Assembly: GCA_036768895.1 (NCBI GenBank)
Contig: DAIPMC010000001.1
Coordinates: forward strand, 50,432 to 103,775
From: Prevotella sp.
GTDB taxonomy: Bacteria > Bacteroidota > Bacteroidia > Bacteroidales > Bacteroidaceae
Length of the DNA stretch: 53,344 nucleotides
Direction of reading: 5' to 3'
Made by a program: the position numbers and the translations under genes. How positions within the stretch are numbered: the stretch's first letter is position 1; the number at the start of each line of letters is the position of its first letter. The notes under the pieces were generated by a model. The model had not been told where the DNA came from and ran no database searches. It was given only the letters and a program-made list of their open reading frames with translations. This document shows, piece after piece, positions 41,548 to 49,940 of this stretch.

Positions 41548-42849
41548 TCAGTCTTTTGAACACTTCTGATCATAATTATTTAATTTCTTAAGAAAATAAG
41601 TTTTAAAATCTTTCCAGTGGTAATAGGGTGCACGATCTGTCTTAATCGGCAGCGTTGCCTCATTTTCATTACGAAGCACCTTGAACAAGATATCCTTGTC
41701 TCCAACATAACGACGATAGAAAATAAATTGGATATTACAAGCCATTGGAAATATTTTATAATCACACCAACCATCTTGTGGAAGTTTTTCCAGATCAGGT
41801 TCCTGAAGTCCTAACCCATCCAGATCCAGAAGGCAAGTCAATGGCATCACCATGGTATCGTGACCAAAACGTAAGGTCACTCCCGGATGCTTCAGTACAA
41901 TGCAACTGTCAGCCTGATGAATGATATTACGCAAAAGATTACGCTGGGAATAAGGCTGATTGCCTCCATTCAATGGGCAAGCTCCACATTTAATATAATA
42001 ATAAGCATTATTCATTAACCAGTTATTGTATATCTCATCATCATTGAAGAGATCATACAAAGAAATGCTATTCCGTAAGTCCGTACTCTGCATATCTCCG
42101 GCAAGTGAGAAAAGATCACGGTTCAGAAGTGAGCCCTGCACATGATTCCGCCAGTAGCCTTCATCCTTGAATATTTCGTCCATGACTCGTTCATAATGGT
42201 CATGCTTCTTACGAAAAGCGTCCCAGACAGATTTCGTATCTCCGGAATATCTCTGTTTGCGCAAAGCTTTGTCATCATAGTGCATATAATACATATCATG
42301 AACACTGGCATCATGACGGATTTGCAAACGTGGATTCTCAAGCAATAACTGCTGAAGTGCATTCTCCATCGAGAGAATACAACGGATAACCGTCGTACTT
42401 TTTGCATCAACATTTGTCTTACCGACAAATACCTGTGGAAAATTCTTATACATTCTCAAGGCTATGGCCTTATGCTGTTGGGCACCCAACAAAGTAAGCT
42501 CACCTTCACGATTCCTGGCTTCATCACGAATAACACGAAGTTTTCTCAGTAATATCTTCCCCTTCGGAGTAAGTTCATTCAGGCTGTCAGCTTTTAAAAG
42601 CGTAAAATAAGGCCAATCATAAACATCATTTCCTATCAGATAACGACTCCCATGACGACCATAATGACTGATATAAAATGGAGCATAACCTGCTGGTGCT
42701 TGAGTGTATACCTTCTGCTGTGGTCCGGGATAGGCATAATAGTTACTGGCTGACATACACTGGTTAATCTTAAAATCCTTCCTTGCCTGCTGCGCGCTCA
42801 GCGTCAAAGCAAAGCAAAGGACAATCATAAATGATGTAAACTTCTTCAT
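41548..42849 (-). CDS. Secreted histidine acid phosphatase (phytase/Minpp-like)
   Basis: RHGSR and HD (FGHDT) motifs; N-terminal signal peptide. Confidence 0.88.
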   Translation of the reverse strand: MKKFTSFMIVLCFALTLSAQQARKDFKINQCMSASNYYAYPGPQQKVYTQAPAGYAPFYISHYGRHGSRYLIGNDVYDWPYFTLLKADSLNELTPKGKILLRKLRVIRDEARNREGELTLLGAQQHKAIALRMYKNFPQVFVGKTNVDAKSTTVIRCILSMENALQQLLLENPRLQIRHDASVHDMYYMHYDDKALRKQRYSGDTKSVWDAFRKKHDHYERVMDEIFKDEGYWRNHVQGSLLNRDLFSLAGDMQSTDLRNSISLYDLFNDDEIYNNWLMNNAYYYIKCGACPLNGGNQPYSQRNLLRNIIHQADSCIVLKHPGVTLRFGHDTMVMPLTCLLDLDGLGLQEPDLEKLPQDGWCDYKIFPMACNIQFIFYRRYVGDKDILFKVLRNENEATLPIKTDRAPYYHWKDFKTYFLKKLNNYDQKCSKD

Positions 42850-43032
42850 ACAATATAAATAATTATTATTACTCTATAGTCTAAAAAACTTTTCTGAAAT
42901 TAAAATGAACTTTTTGTTACCTTACACTACTTTCTTCCATCTCTTTACCACAAGTATCTTACCCATTCTGATATTAACCTTTTCCTGGCTCATGAAAATA
43001 ATGAATAGAACCCCAATATCTATATCCAATAG

Positions 43033-43040
43033 CAAAGTTA
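43033..43040 (-). promoter_or_regulatory. -7 element for the phosphatase transcript
   Basis: Minus-strand TAACTTTG about 180 nt upstream of the ATG. Confidence 0.5.
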
Positions 43041-43177
43041 GCATTTTCTTCTCAAAACTCTGGTTCAGTTGTTTGATTTCTATCAATATAATACCAGAAA
43101 GCGCGCTGTGTGCGGACACACAGTATTTGATATAGGTCAAGAAAGAACAATAAAACCTACTTTTTTACCTGATTACT

Positions 43178-43209
43178 CTTGCCGGAGAGATGAAATCGCA
43201 CTATCTTTG
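43178..43209 (+). promoter_or_regulatory. Promoter of an unannotated transcript
   Basis: CTTG-N20-TATCTTTG(CA). Confidence 0.7.
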
Positions 43210-43488
43210 CAGTGTCGTTAAGAAACAAGAATACAAAAGATAAATAGGTATTCGTAAGGTAATAAAGGATTGCAAAAAGGATAATTGACTAAGGTAAGAG
43301 AGATTGAATAGAAGGACGACAAGTATTAGTTAAAGGTAAAGAAAGATTGTAAAGTAAAGTAAGGTAATGGTATTAGTAAGGTAAAAGATAAAGGTTGTGA
43401 GTAAGGTAACAGGGGCGTCGGAGAGACGGTCGATAGAAAAAGGTAAAAAGATAAAAGAAATCTCAATAGGTTAAAAAGGAACAGGATA

Positions 43489-43563
43489 ATGAGTATGACA
43501 GTAATGATTGCCTGGGTTGCAGCTATAGCAACTACAGGCTACGTGATGGAGAACTTCAAGTAA
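43489..43563 (+). CDS. Candidate 24-aa hydrophobic small protein (MSMTVMIAWVAAIATTGYVMENFK)
   Basis: Hand-translated; A-rich upstream context with A at -3; tandem stop TAA-TAG; base composition normalises within the ORF. Confidence 0.5.
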   Translation: MSMTVMIAWVAAIATTGYVMENFK

Positions 43564-43611
43564 TAGTTCTGGCCATCCTTAGGTTATGAAAAATTTGAGA
43601 ATTAAATAGGT

Positions 43612-43638
43612 AACGCGCGACTTTGGCCGCGCGTTTTT
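43612..43638 (+). terminator. Intrinsic terminator
   Basis: AACGCGCG-ACTTTGGC-CGCGCGTT, continuing into a T tract. Confidence 0.85.
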
Positions 43639-43744
43639 CGTATCTGTATATCTACAATAAATGAGGTAAACCTTAGGGATCAGGCTTATCCTTTAAACTA
43701 TTTTTGGTTTAATCACTTTTTCAACATGAAAAAGCCTGATTTAT

Positions 43745-43775
43745 TTTGTTATTCATTGCCTTTTTACTATTTTTG
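43745..43775 (+). promoter_or_regulatory. Promoter of the 215-aa ORF and possibly rpoN
   Basis: TTTG-N19-TATTTTTG. Confidence 0.7.
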
Positions 43776-43831
43776 CAATAGACTCAAATCGTCATTTAAA
43801 ACGATTCAGGTAGAACGTTAATTGGAAAAAT

Positions 43832-44479
43832 ATGGCAAAGAATCCATTGTGGTCGGATGAATACTGGTTGTTGCTTATGCAACTCTATCTGAATAAGCCA
43901 GTTGGCATAAAACCTCTGTATTCAAAAGGATTAGTAGATATAAGTTTAGAGCTACACATCCCTCCTCGTTACCTTCATGAGCAAATGACACGTTTACAAC
44001 TGTTGGAGACACCTCGTATCAAACAGTTATGGGAAACTTATGGGAAAAATCCCAGAAAACTTTTACACGAAGTAAAACTTCTTAAGAAGATGGACGGGTT
44101 CAACCATGCTGAAAAATTCTATGAAGGCGTTGAAATACGCGAATCATTCGAGAAACTTTTCAAACCTTTTGAGGAAAGTCCAACGCTCACACCTGTCAAA
44201 CTGATCCTTATCCTCAATCTTTATTTTCGTCTCACTCCATTTACCATGGTAACGGATACACCGGAAATTATCGATCTTGGTAAACTTATACAGGTAAAGC
44301 CTGAATTGATTGTGGAAATCATGGATATTTACCAATATTGTGATCCATGCCTCAAACATGAGGGCATCATCATCAATCCCTTGATGGGACACTGCCAGGA
44401 AACATGGCAACACTATGGTAATGGAGATATAAAGACTCTCTCTGACTTATCCAAAGAACTCATGTTCTATTTTTTCTAA
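43832..44479 (+). CDS. Hypothetical protein with an internally duplicated helical domain
   Basis: 215-aa ORF with its own promoter; two similar halves (LLLMQLY...LWETYG and LILILNLY...TWQHYG). Confidence 0.8.
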   Translation: MAKNPLWSDEYWLLLMQLYLNKPVGIKPLYSKGLVDISLELHIPPRYLHEQMTRLQLLETPRIKQLWETYGKNPRKLLHEVKLLKKMDGFNHAEKFYEGVEIRESFEKLFKPFEESPTLTPVKLILILNLYFRLTPFTMVTDTPEIIDLGKLIQVKPELIVEIMDIYQYCDPCLKHEGIIINPLMGHCQETWQHYGNGDIKTLSDLSKELMFYFF

Positions 44480-44558
44480 ACTGACAGATATTTAAGATCG
44501 CTATTTTAAAATTTAAGAGTATAATTACGTTTTAAAGAGAAGATTTAAATAGAAAGAA

Positions 44559-46079
44559 ATGACTCAGAAATTAATTCAGACACAGACACAAAAGATGCAA
44601 CAAGTCCAGAGGCTTTCTGCCCAGCAGATGCTCCAGGTAAAATTGTTTGAGATGCCTCTGAATGAACTTGAAGAGAATGTCAACGCAGAATTAGATGATA
44701 ATCCGGCTCTGGAAAGGTCTTCGGATGAGGATAGTGAAGTAAGAAATGATGATGACGACCCTCAGGATAGTAATGATACCGAAGATGTTGATTACACGGA
44801 GAATAATGAACGCGAAGAACGTGAGGATGCACTTGATTCGGCACTGAAGGATATGGGAGCTGATGATGAGATGCCCGAACCGGCCTATAATATCAATAGA
44901 AGCGGACCATCCAACAATGTTGACTACCAGAATATGGTTTACGGAGACACTCTTTCTTTTTATGATCGGTTAAAAGAGCAAATGGATATGCTCCATCTTA
45001 CTGATAAAGAGCATGATATCATGGAATATCTCATCGGCTCCATGGATGACGATGGGCTGCTCAGAAAAGATATAGGTACCATCAGTGACGAACTTGCCAT
45101 TTATCATAATATAGATGCCTCAGAAAAGGAAATCAAAGACGTTCTGCATCTTCTCCAACAATTTGACCCGGCAGGTATTGGTGCCCAGAATCTTCAAGAA
45201 TGCCTTCTTCTTCAAATTGAAAGAATGAAAGAAAATAAGTTGAAGACCGTAATATACAAAGTCATCAAGAATTATTTTGACGAATTTACCAAAAAGCATT
45301 GGGATAAAATTCAGGAAGGAATGTCTCTGAATGATCTGCAAATACAAGAACTCCAAAAAGAAATCAGAAAGTTGAATCCTAAACCCGGTTCTTCCCTTGG
45401 AGAAGCTGAAAGTAGAAATACTCAACAGATCACACCTGACTATATCATTGACACTACTGATGATGGTTGTATTTCTTTCTACATCAACCGTGGTAATATT
45501 CCTGACCTCACTGTCTCGTCATCTTTTCAGGACATGATTGACAATTATAAGAATAATAAGGCGAACATGAACCGCCAGGAAAAAGAAGCTCTGCTCTATG
45601 CAAAAGAAAAGGTAGAAAAAGCCAGAGGATTCATTGATGCTGTAAAGCAACGTCGGCATACCATGTTTATCGTCATGAAATCGATTATCAATTGGCAAAA
45701 GAAATTTTTTGAAGACGGTGATGAAGCTGATCTACGCCCTATGATCTTAAAAGATATTGCCGATCAGACCAAATTGGATATTTCTACCGTTTCCAGAATA
45801 GCAAGCATGAAATATGCTCAGACCAGATGGGGTACGTTTCCTCTTAAATTCTTCTTTAGTGACAGTTATACGACACAAGATGGTGAGGAAATGTCTACAC
45901 GTAAGATAAAACTGGCGCTAAAGGGCCTTGTTGAGAAAGAAGATAAGAGAAAGCCAATGAGTGACGACATCTTAGCTGCTTCTATGAAAGAAAAGGGGTT
46001 CCCGATAGCTCGCAGGACAGTGGCCAAATACCGTGAACAACTCGGTATACCCGTTGCCCGACTTCGTCGGGAATTATGA
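44559..46079 (+). CDS. rpoN: RNA polymerase sigma-54 factor
   Basis: Gln-rich N-terminus, NPALE, DPAGIGA..LQECL, ISTVSR, RpoN box ARRTVAKYRE. Confidence 0.97.
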   Translation: MTQKLIQTQTQKMQQVQRLSAQQMLQVKLFEMPLNELEENVNAELDDNPALERSSDEDSEVRNDDDDPQDSNDTEDVDYTENNEREEREDALDSALKDMGADDEMPEPAYNINRSGPSNNVDYQNMVYGDTLSFYDRLKEQMDMLHLTDKEHDIMEYLIGSMDDDGLLRKDIGTISDELAIYHNIDASEKEIKDVLHLLQQFDPAGIGAQNLQECLLLQIERMKENKLKTVIYKVIKNYFDEFTKKHWDKIQEGMSLNDLQIQELQKEIRKLNPKPGSSLGEAESRNTQQITPDYIIDTTDDGCISFYINRGNIPDLTVSSSFQDMIDNYKNNKANMNRQEKEALLYAKEKVEKARGFIDAVKQRRHTMFIVMKSIINWQKKFFEDGDEADLRPMILKDIADQTKLDISTVSRIASMKYAQTRWGTFPLKFFFSDSYTTQDGEEMSTRKIKLALKGLVEKEDKRKPMSDDILAASMKEKGFPIARRTVAKYREQLGIPVARLRREL

Positions 46080-46197
46080 CGAGAAATATTATTTTAGGAT
46101 ATTCAAAGTCAAAAAGAGAATTCAAAGTTTTAGAAACAGAGAGATTATCAAGAGAAAGGAACTTCAAATGACTTTAAAGATGGAATCAGGAAATGGA

Positions 46198-46821
46198 ATG
46201 AATACAAATGTCTTGAAAGATCGACAAATCATCAAGGCTGCACGTGTTATGAGCATGATTTTCACCCCATTTTATCTACCGTTATTAGGACTTGTCATCC
46301 TCTTTTTATTCAGCTATATGAGTTTATTACCTCTATCCTATAAATTGTCTGTACTCCTGTTTGTATACTTGTTGACCATTCTACTCCCTACCCTTCTTAT
46401 TCATCTTTATAGAAAATATCAAGGATGGAAACCTATCGATCTTGGAAGAAAAGAACGGCGTATTGTCCCATATATCATTTCTATCCTCTGCTATTTCATC
46501 TGCATCTATATCATGAACCGGCGTCAATTTCCAAGATACATCAGTATTATCGTTGTTGCCGCTTTAATCGTGCAGATGGCATGTGCCTTGATCAATGTCT
46601 GGTGGAAGATCTCCACACATTCTGCAGCTATAGGAGGAGTGGCAGGGGCGATACTGGCCTTCGCAGAAATATTCTCCTATGATCCTACCTGGTGGCTTTG
46701 CCTGGCTCTCATTCTCGCAGGGATAGTGTGTTCAAGTAGGATGATACTGAGACAGCACAGTTTGTCACAAGTTACAGCGGGATTCCTGATCGGTTTTTTC
46801 TGCGCCCTGATCATCATCTGA
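46198..46821 (+). CDS. PAP2-superfamily-like membrane protein (start uncertain: 46168, 46180 or 46198)
   Basis: Multi-TM; KISTHS and SSRMILRQH motifs. Confidence 0.7.
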   Translation: MNTNVLKDRQIIKAARVMSMIFTPFYLPLLGLVILFLFSYMSLLPLSYKLSVLLFVYLLTILLPTLLIHLYRKYQGWKPIDLGRKERRIVPYIISILCYFICIYIMNRRQFPRYISIIVVAALIVQMACALINVWWKISTHSAAIGGVAGAILAFAEIFSYDPTWWLCLALILAGIVCSSRMILRQHSLSQVTAGFLIGFFCALIII

Positions 46822-46966
46822 TGTCTATAATGAACATCATTATCAAAAAAGAAAAAGACAACCAGAGAAACCTCAATGAAGGTTTTGGCTATCAACAAAT
46901 AAAAATATAAAACAAATAGTTATCTGAGATCATTCATAAAACGATAAATAATAATATCCAAACGAT

Positions 46967-47476
46967 ATGAAACCATTAATCAGTATTATCATGGGTTCTA
47001 CAAGCGACCTTCCTGTTATGGAAAAAGCTTGCCAGTGGTTGGAAACTTATCAGATTCCATTTGAAGTAAATGCACTTTCTGCTCACCGTACACCAGATGC
47101 CGTGGAGTCTTTTGCCAAGGGAGCCAAAGCCCGTGGTATAAAAGTGATCATTGCCGGAGCCGGTATGGCTGCTGCCCTACCGGGAGTCATTGCGGCATCT
47201 ACTCCACTACCTGTGATCGGTGTGCCCATCAAAGGAATGCTTGACGGACTAGACGCAATGCTTTCGATCATCCAGATGCCTCCTGGTATTCCTGTAGCAA
47301 CAGTGGGCATAAATGGTTCTAAGAATGCGGCTATCCTTGCAGCAGAGATGATCGCCCTAGGTGATGAGAATATAGCGAAAAAAGTAGATGAATGGAAAGC
47401 CGGATTAGGCTTAAAAATAGAAAAAGCAAATCAAGATCTGGCAGAAATTAAGACTTATAAGTTTAAATGCAATTAA
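46967..47476 (+). CDS. purE: N5-carboxyaminoimidazole ribonucleotide mutase
   Basis: IMGSTSD, SAHRTP, AGAGMAAALPG, QMPPGIPVATV. Confidence 0.97.
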   Translation: MKPLISIIMGSTSDLPVMEKACQWLETYQIPFEVNALSAHRTPDAVESFAKGAKARGIKVIIAGAGMAAALPGVIAASTPLPVIGVPIKGMLDGLDAMLSIIQMPPGIPVATVGINGSKNAAILAAEMIALGDENIAKKVDEWKAGLGLKIEKANQDLAEIKTYKFKCN

Positions 47477-47568
47477 TTCTGTTTCTCTTTAAAATAACAA
47501 AAGTAAGTATGATTTAAAAGTCATACAAGTCAAACTAATTTTAATTAACCAACTCTAAAATATCATTC

Positions 47569-49428
47569 ATGAGTTTGGATTTATTCAATTATAATCGTCG
47601 GGAAACAAATGTCATACATGTCGGCGTACTGGATATGGGTGGAAATAATCTTATCCGTATTCAGTCTATGACAACTACCAGTACTGATGATACAAAAGGC
47701 TCTGTAGCTCAAGCTGAACGGATTATCAAGGCAGGCGGAGAACTGGTTCGACTGACAACCCAGGGTAAACGTGAGGCTGAGAATTTGAAAAATATCAAAG
47801 CTGAACTACGTGCTGATGGATACAGTACACCTCTCGTGGCAGATGTCCACTTCGTAGCTGATGTAGCTGATACAGCTGCTCAATACGCCGAAGGTGTACG
47901 CATTAACCCGGGAAATTATGTGGATCCTGCACGTAGATTCATTAAAAAAGAATATACTGACGAAGAGTATACTCGGGAACTCCTGAAGATTGAGGATCGC
48001 TTCATCCCCTTTCTTAATATCTGCAGGAAGAATCATACAGCTATACGCATCGGGGTCAACAACGGTTCTCTTTCAGACCGTATCCGTAATCGTTATGGTG
48101 ATACACCGGAAGGTATCGTCGAGAGTTGCATGGAATTTCTTCGCATCTGTAAGAAACAACATTTCAATGATGTCGTCATTTCCATCAAAGCTTCCAATAC
48201 CGTCGTCATGGTACACTCTGTACGCCTTTTGGTCGCTGAAATGGAAAAGGAGCACATGAAATACCCACTCCATCTGGGAGTGACGGAAGCAGGAGATGGC
48301 GAAGACGGACGGATAAAAAGTGCCGTAGGCATAGGTGCATTACTGGCTGACGGCATCGGAGATACCGTCCGGGTCAGTTTAAGTGAAGAACCGGAAGCAG
48401 AAATCCCTGTAGCACGCCATCTCGTCAATTATATCACAATGCGTGCCGGACATGTATTGATTCCGGCAACACAGGCAAAGAAATTCAATTGGATCAATCC
48501 TAAACGGCGCGAGACAAAAGCTGTTGAAAATATCGGGGGAGACCAAGTACCTGTCGTAATTGGCAAGAGCACAAAGGCAGACTATTGGTATACAGGTTCT
48601 ACTATTCCGGAACATCCCGTCCCTCAACAGAAATATATCATTGACTACAATAAATTCGGAGAACTACAGGGAGAAAGCAAACTGACAGAGTTGGAGAAGG
48701 ATGGTACGAGATTCTATCCGATCTTCCCGGTTAATGCCATGCCCTTCATGGCTATGATTCAGTCACCATTGAAATTTATCGTCCTTCAGTTTGGTACTCC
48801 TGCTGCTGAATATCTGACCTGCCTGAAATATCATCCGGAAGCAGTCGTTATCTGTATGAGCCACCATAAGAACCGTCTGGGTGATCAGCGTGCCCTTGTG
48901 CATGAAATGTGGTCAGCAGGCTTGAAAAATCCTGTTATCTTTTCCCAAATGTACAGTCATTCACAAACGGAAAAAGAAGACTTCCAGATTAAATCAGCAT
49001 CAGATATGGGAGCATTGATGATGGATGGTCTCACTGACGGTATCTGGCTGATGAATGACGGCGATTTATCAGATGAGGATATCGTGTCAACAGCTTTTGA
49101 TATTCTTCAAGCCGGTCGCCTCAGGACATCCAAGACAGAATACATCAGTTGTCCAGGTTGTGGCCGTACCTTGTATGATCTTCAAGGCACAATATCAAAA
49201 ATCAAAAAAGCCACCAAGGATATGAAAGGCCTTAAAATAGGTATTATGGGCTGTATCGTCAATGGTCCTGGAGAAATGCACGATGCCGATTATGGATATG
49301 TCGGAGCCGGTTTCAATAGAATCTCCCTCTATCGCAAACAAGTTTGCGTAGAGAAGAATATCCCTGAGGAAGAAGCCGTAGACCATCTGCTGGCACTGAT
49401 CAGGAAAGACAAAGAAGAACACTCATGA
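47569..49428 (+). CDS. ispG: (E)-4-hydroxy-3-methylbut-2-enyl-diphosphate synthase, long Bacteroidota form
   Basis: IQSMT, RINPGN, HLGVTEAG, GIGDTVRVSL, SCPGCGRT, MGCIVNGPGE. Confidence 0.96.
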   Translation: MSLDLFNYNRRETNVIHVGVLDMGGNNLIRIQSMTTTSTDDTKGSVAQAERIIKAGGELVRLTTQGKREAENLKNIKAELRADGYSTPLVADVHFVADVADTAAQYAEGVRINPGNYVDPARRFIKKEYTDEEYTRELLKIEDRFIPFLNICRKNHTAIRIGVNNGSLSDRIRNRYGDTPEGIVESCMEFLRICKKQHFNDVVISIKASNTVVMVHSVRLLVAEMEKEHMKYPLHLGVTEAGDGEDGRIKSAVGIGALLADGIGDTVRVSLSEEPEAEIPVARHLVNYITMRAGHVLIPATQAKKFNWINPKRRETKAVENIGGDQVPVVIGKSTKADYWYTGSTIPEHPVPQQKYIIDYNKFGELQGESKLTELEKDGTRFYPIFPVNAMPFMAMIQSPLKFIVLQFGTPAAEYLTCLKYHPEAVVICMSHHKNRLGDQRALVHEMWSAGLKNPVIFSQMYSHSQTEKEDFQIKSASDMGALMMDGLTDGIWLMNDGDLSDEDIVSTAFDILQAGRLRTSKTEYISCPGCGRTLYDLQGTISKIKKATKDMKGLKIGIMGCIVNGPGEMHDADYGYVGAGFNRISLYRKQVCVEKNIPEEEAVDHLLALIRKDKEEHS

Positions 49429-49438
49429 CAAAGCCTTT

Positions 49439-49484
49439 AGTATATCAGTTTGTTTAGAATATATTCTAAACAAACTGATATACT
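49439..49484. repeat. Perfect 46-bp palindrome without a spacer
   Basis: AGTATATCAGTTTGTTTAGAATA|TATTCTAAACAAACTGATATACT. Confidence 0.95.
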
Positions 49485-49497
49485 GTTATAAGAAGAT

Positions 49498-49887
49498 ATG
49501 AGAATACAGGAATTAATGAAAACCGTCCGTTTCGACGATGTTAAAAATACTTTGAAGGAATCTGACTTCAAATTGAAAGAATTAAAAGAGTACGAAAAGA
49601 CCTTCAATGTATTACGAAATATCAAGCCCACCTTTGACTATTTTGACATGATTATCAATGTAAAAAGATTAAACGGGCATGTTATGGTTACCAATACACA
49701 TCTCGGCTCCATCAGTGACCTTGCTGGCAGAACTGTAAAAATCAGAAAAGAAGACCATTTTACATCTGCAGAAGCAGCAGCTCATATCATCTATCAGATT
49801 ACTGCCCACGGATATGATACCGTCAGATACAAGGATAATCTGGATGAGTGGGACGATGATATGATGACTGATTACGACGAAGAATAG
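49498..49887 (+). CDS. Hypothetical protein with an acidic C-terminal tail
   Basis: 129-aa ORF filling the gap, A-rich start context; ends DEWDDDMMTDYDEE. Confidence 0.7.
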   Translation: MRIQELMKTVRFDDVKNTLKESDFKLKELKEYEKTFNVLRNIKPTFDYFDMIINVKRLNGHVMVTNTHLGSISDLAGRTVKIRKEDHFTSAEAAAHIIYQITAHGYDTVRYKDNLDEWDDDMMTDYDEE

Positions 49888-49940
49888 TATATCTGATCAT
49901 ACCCCCTTTTCATACCTCTTTTTTCGTCAAATCCAATCCG

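Larger units (their letters stand above)
43214..43638 (+). ncRNA. Candidate small or dual-function RNA with repeated AAGGUAA motifs (5' end approximate)
   Basis: Bounded by a promoter and a terminator; seven exact AAGGTAA copies; no C in 43321-43409. Confidence 0.55.

Noticed and set aside
42905..43140. Overlapping 76-aa (+) and 72-aa (-) ORFs
   Set aside because: No recognisable motifs, TTG start for the minus ORF, and both span a predicted promoter; probably spurious apart from the possible short uORF noted.
46033..46197. N-terminal extension of the PAP2-like ORF from GTG 46033
   Set aside because: It overlaps the rpoN 3' end and reads like AT-rich intergenic sequence; downstream ATGs fit better.
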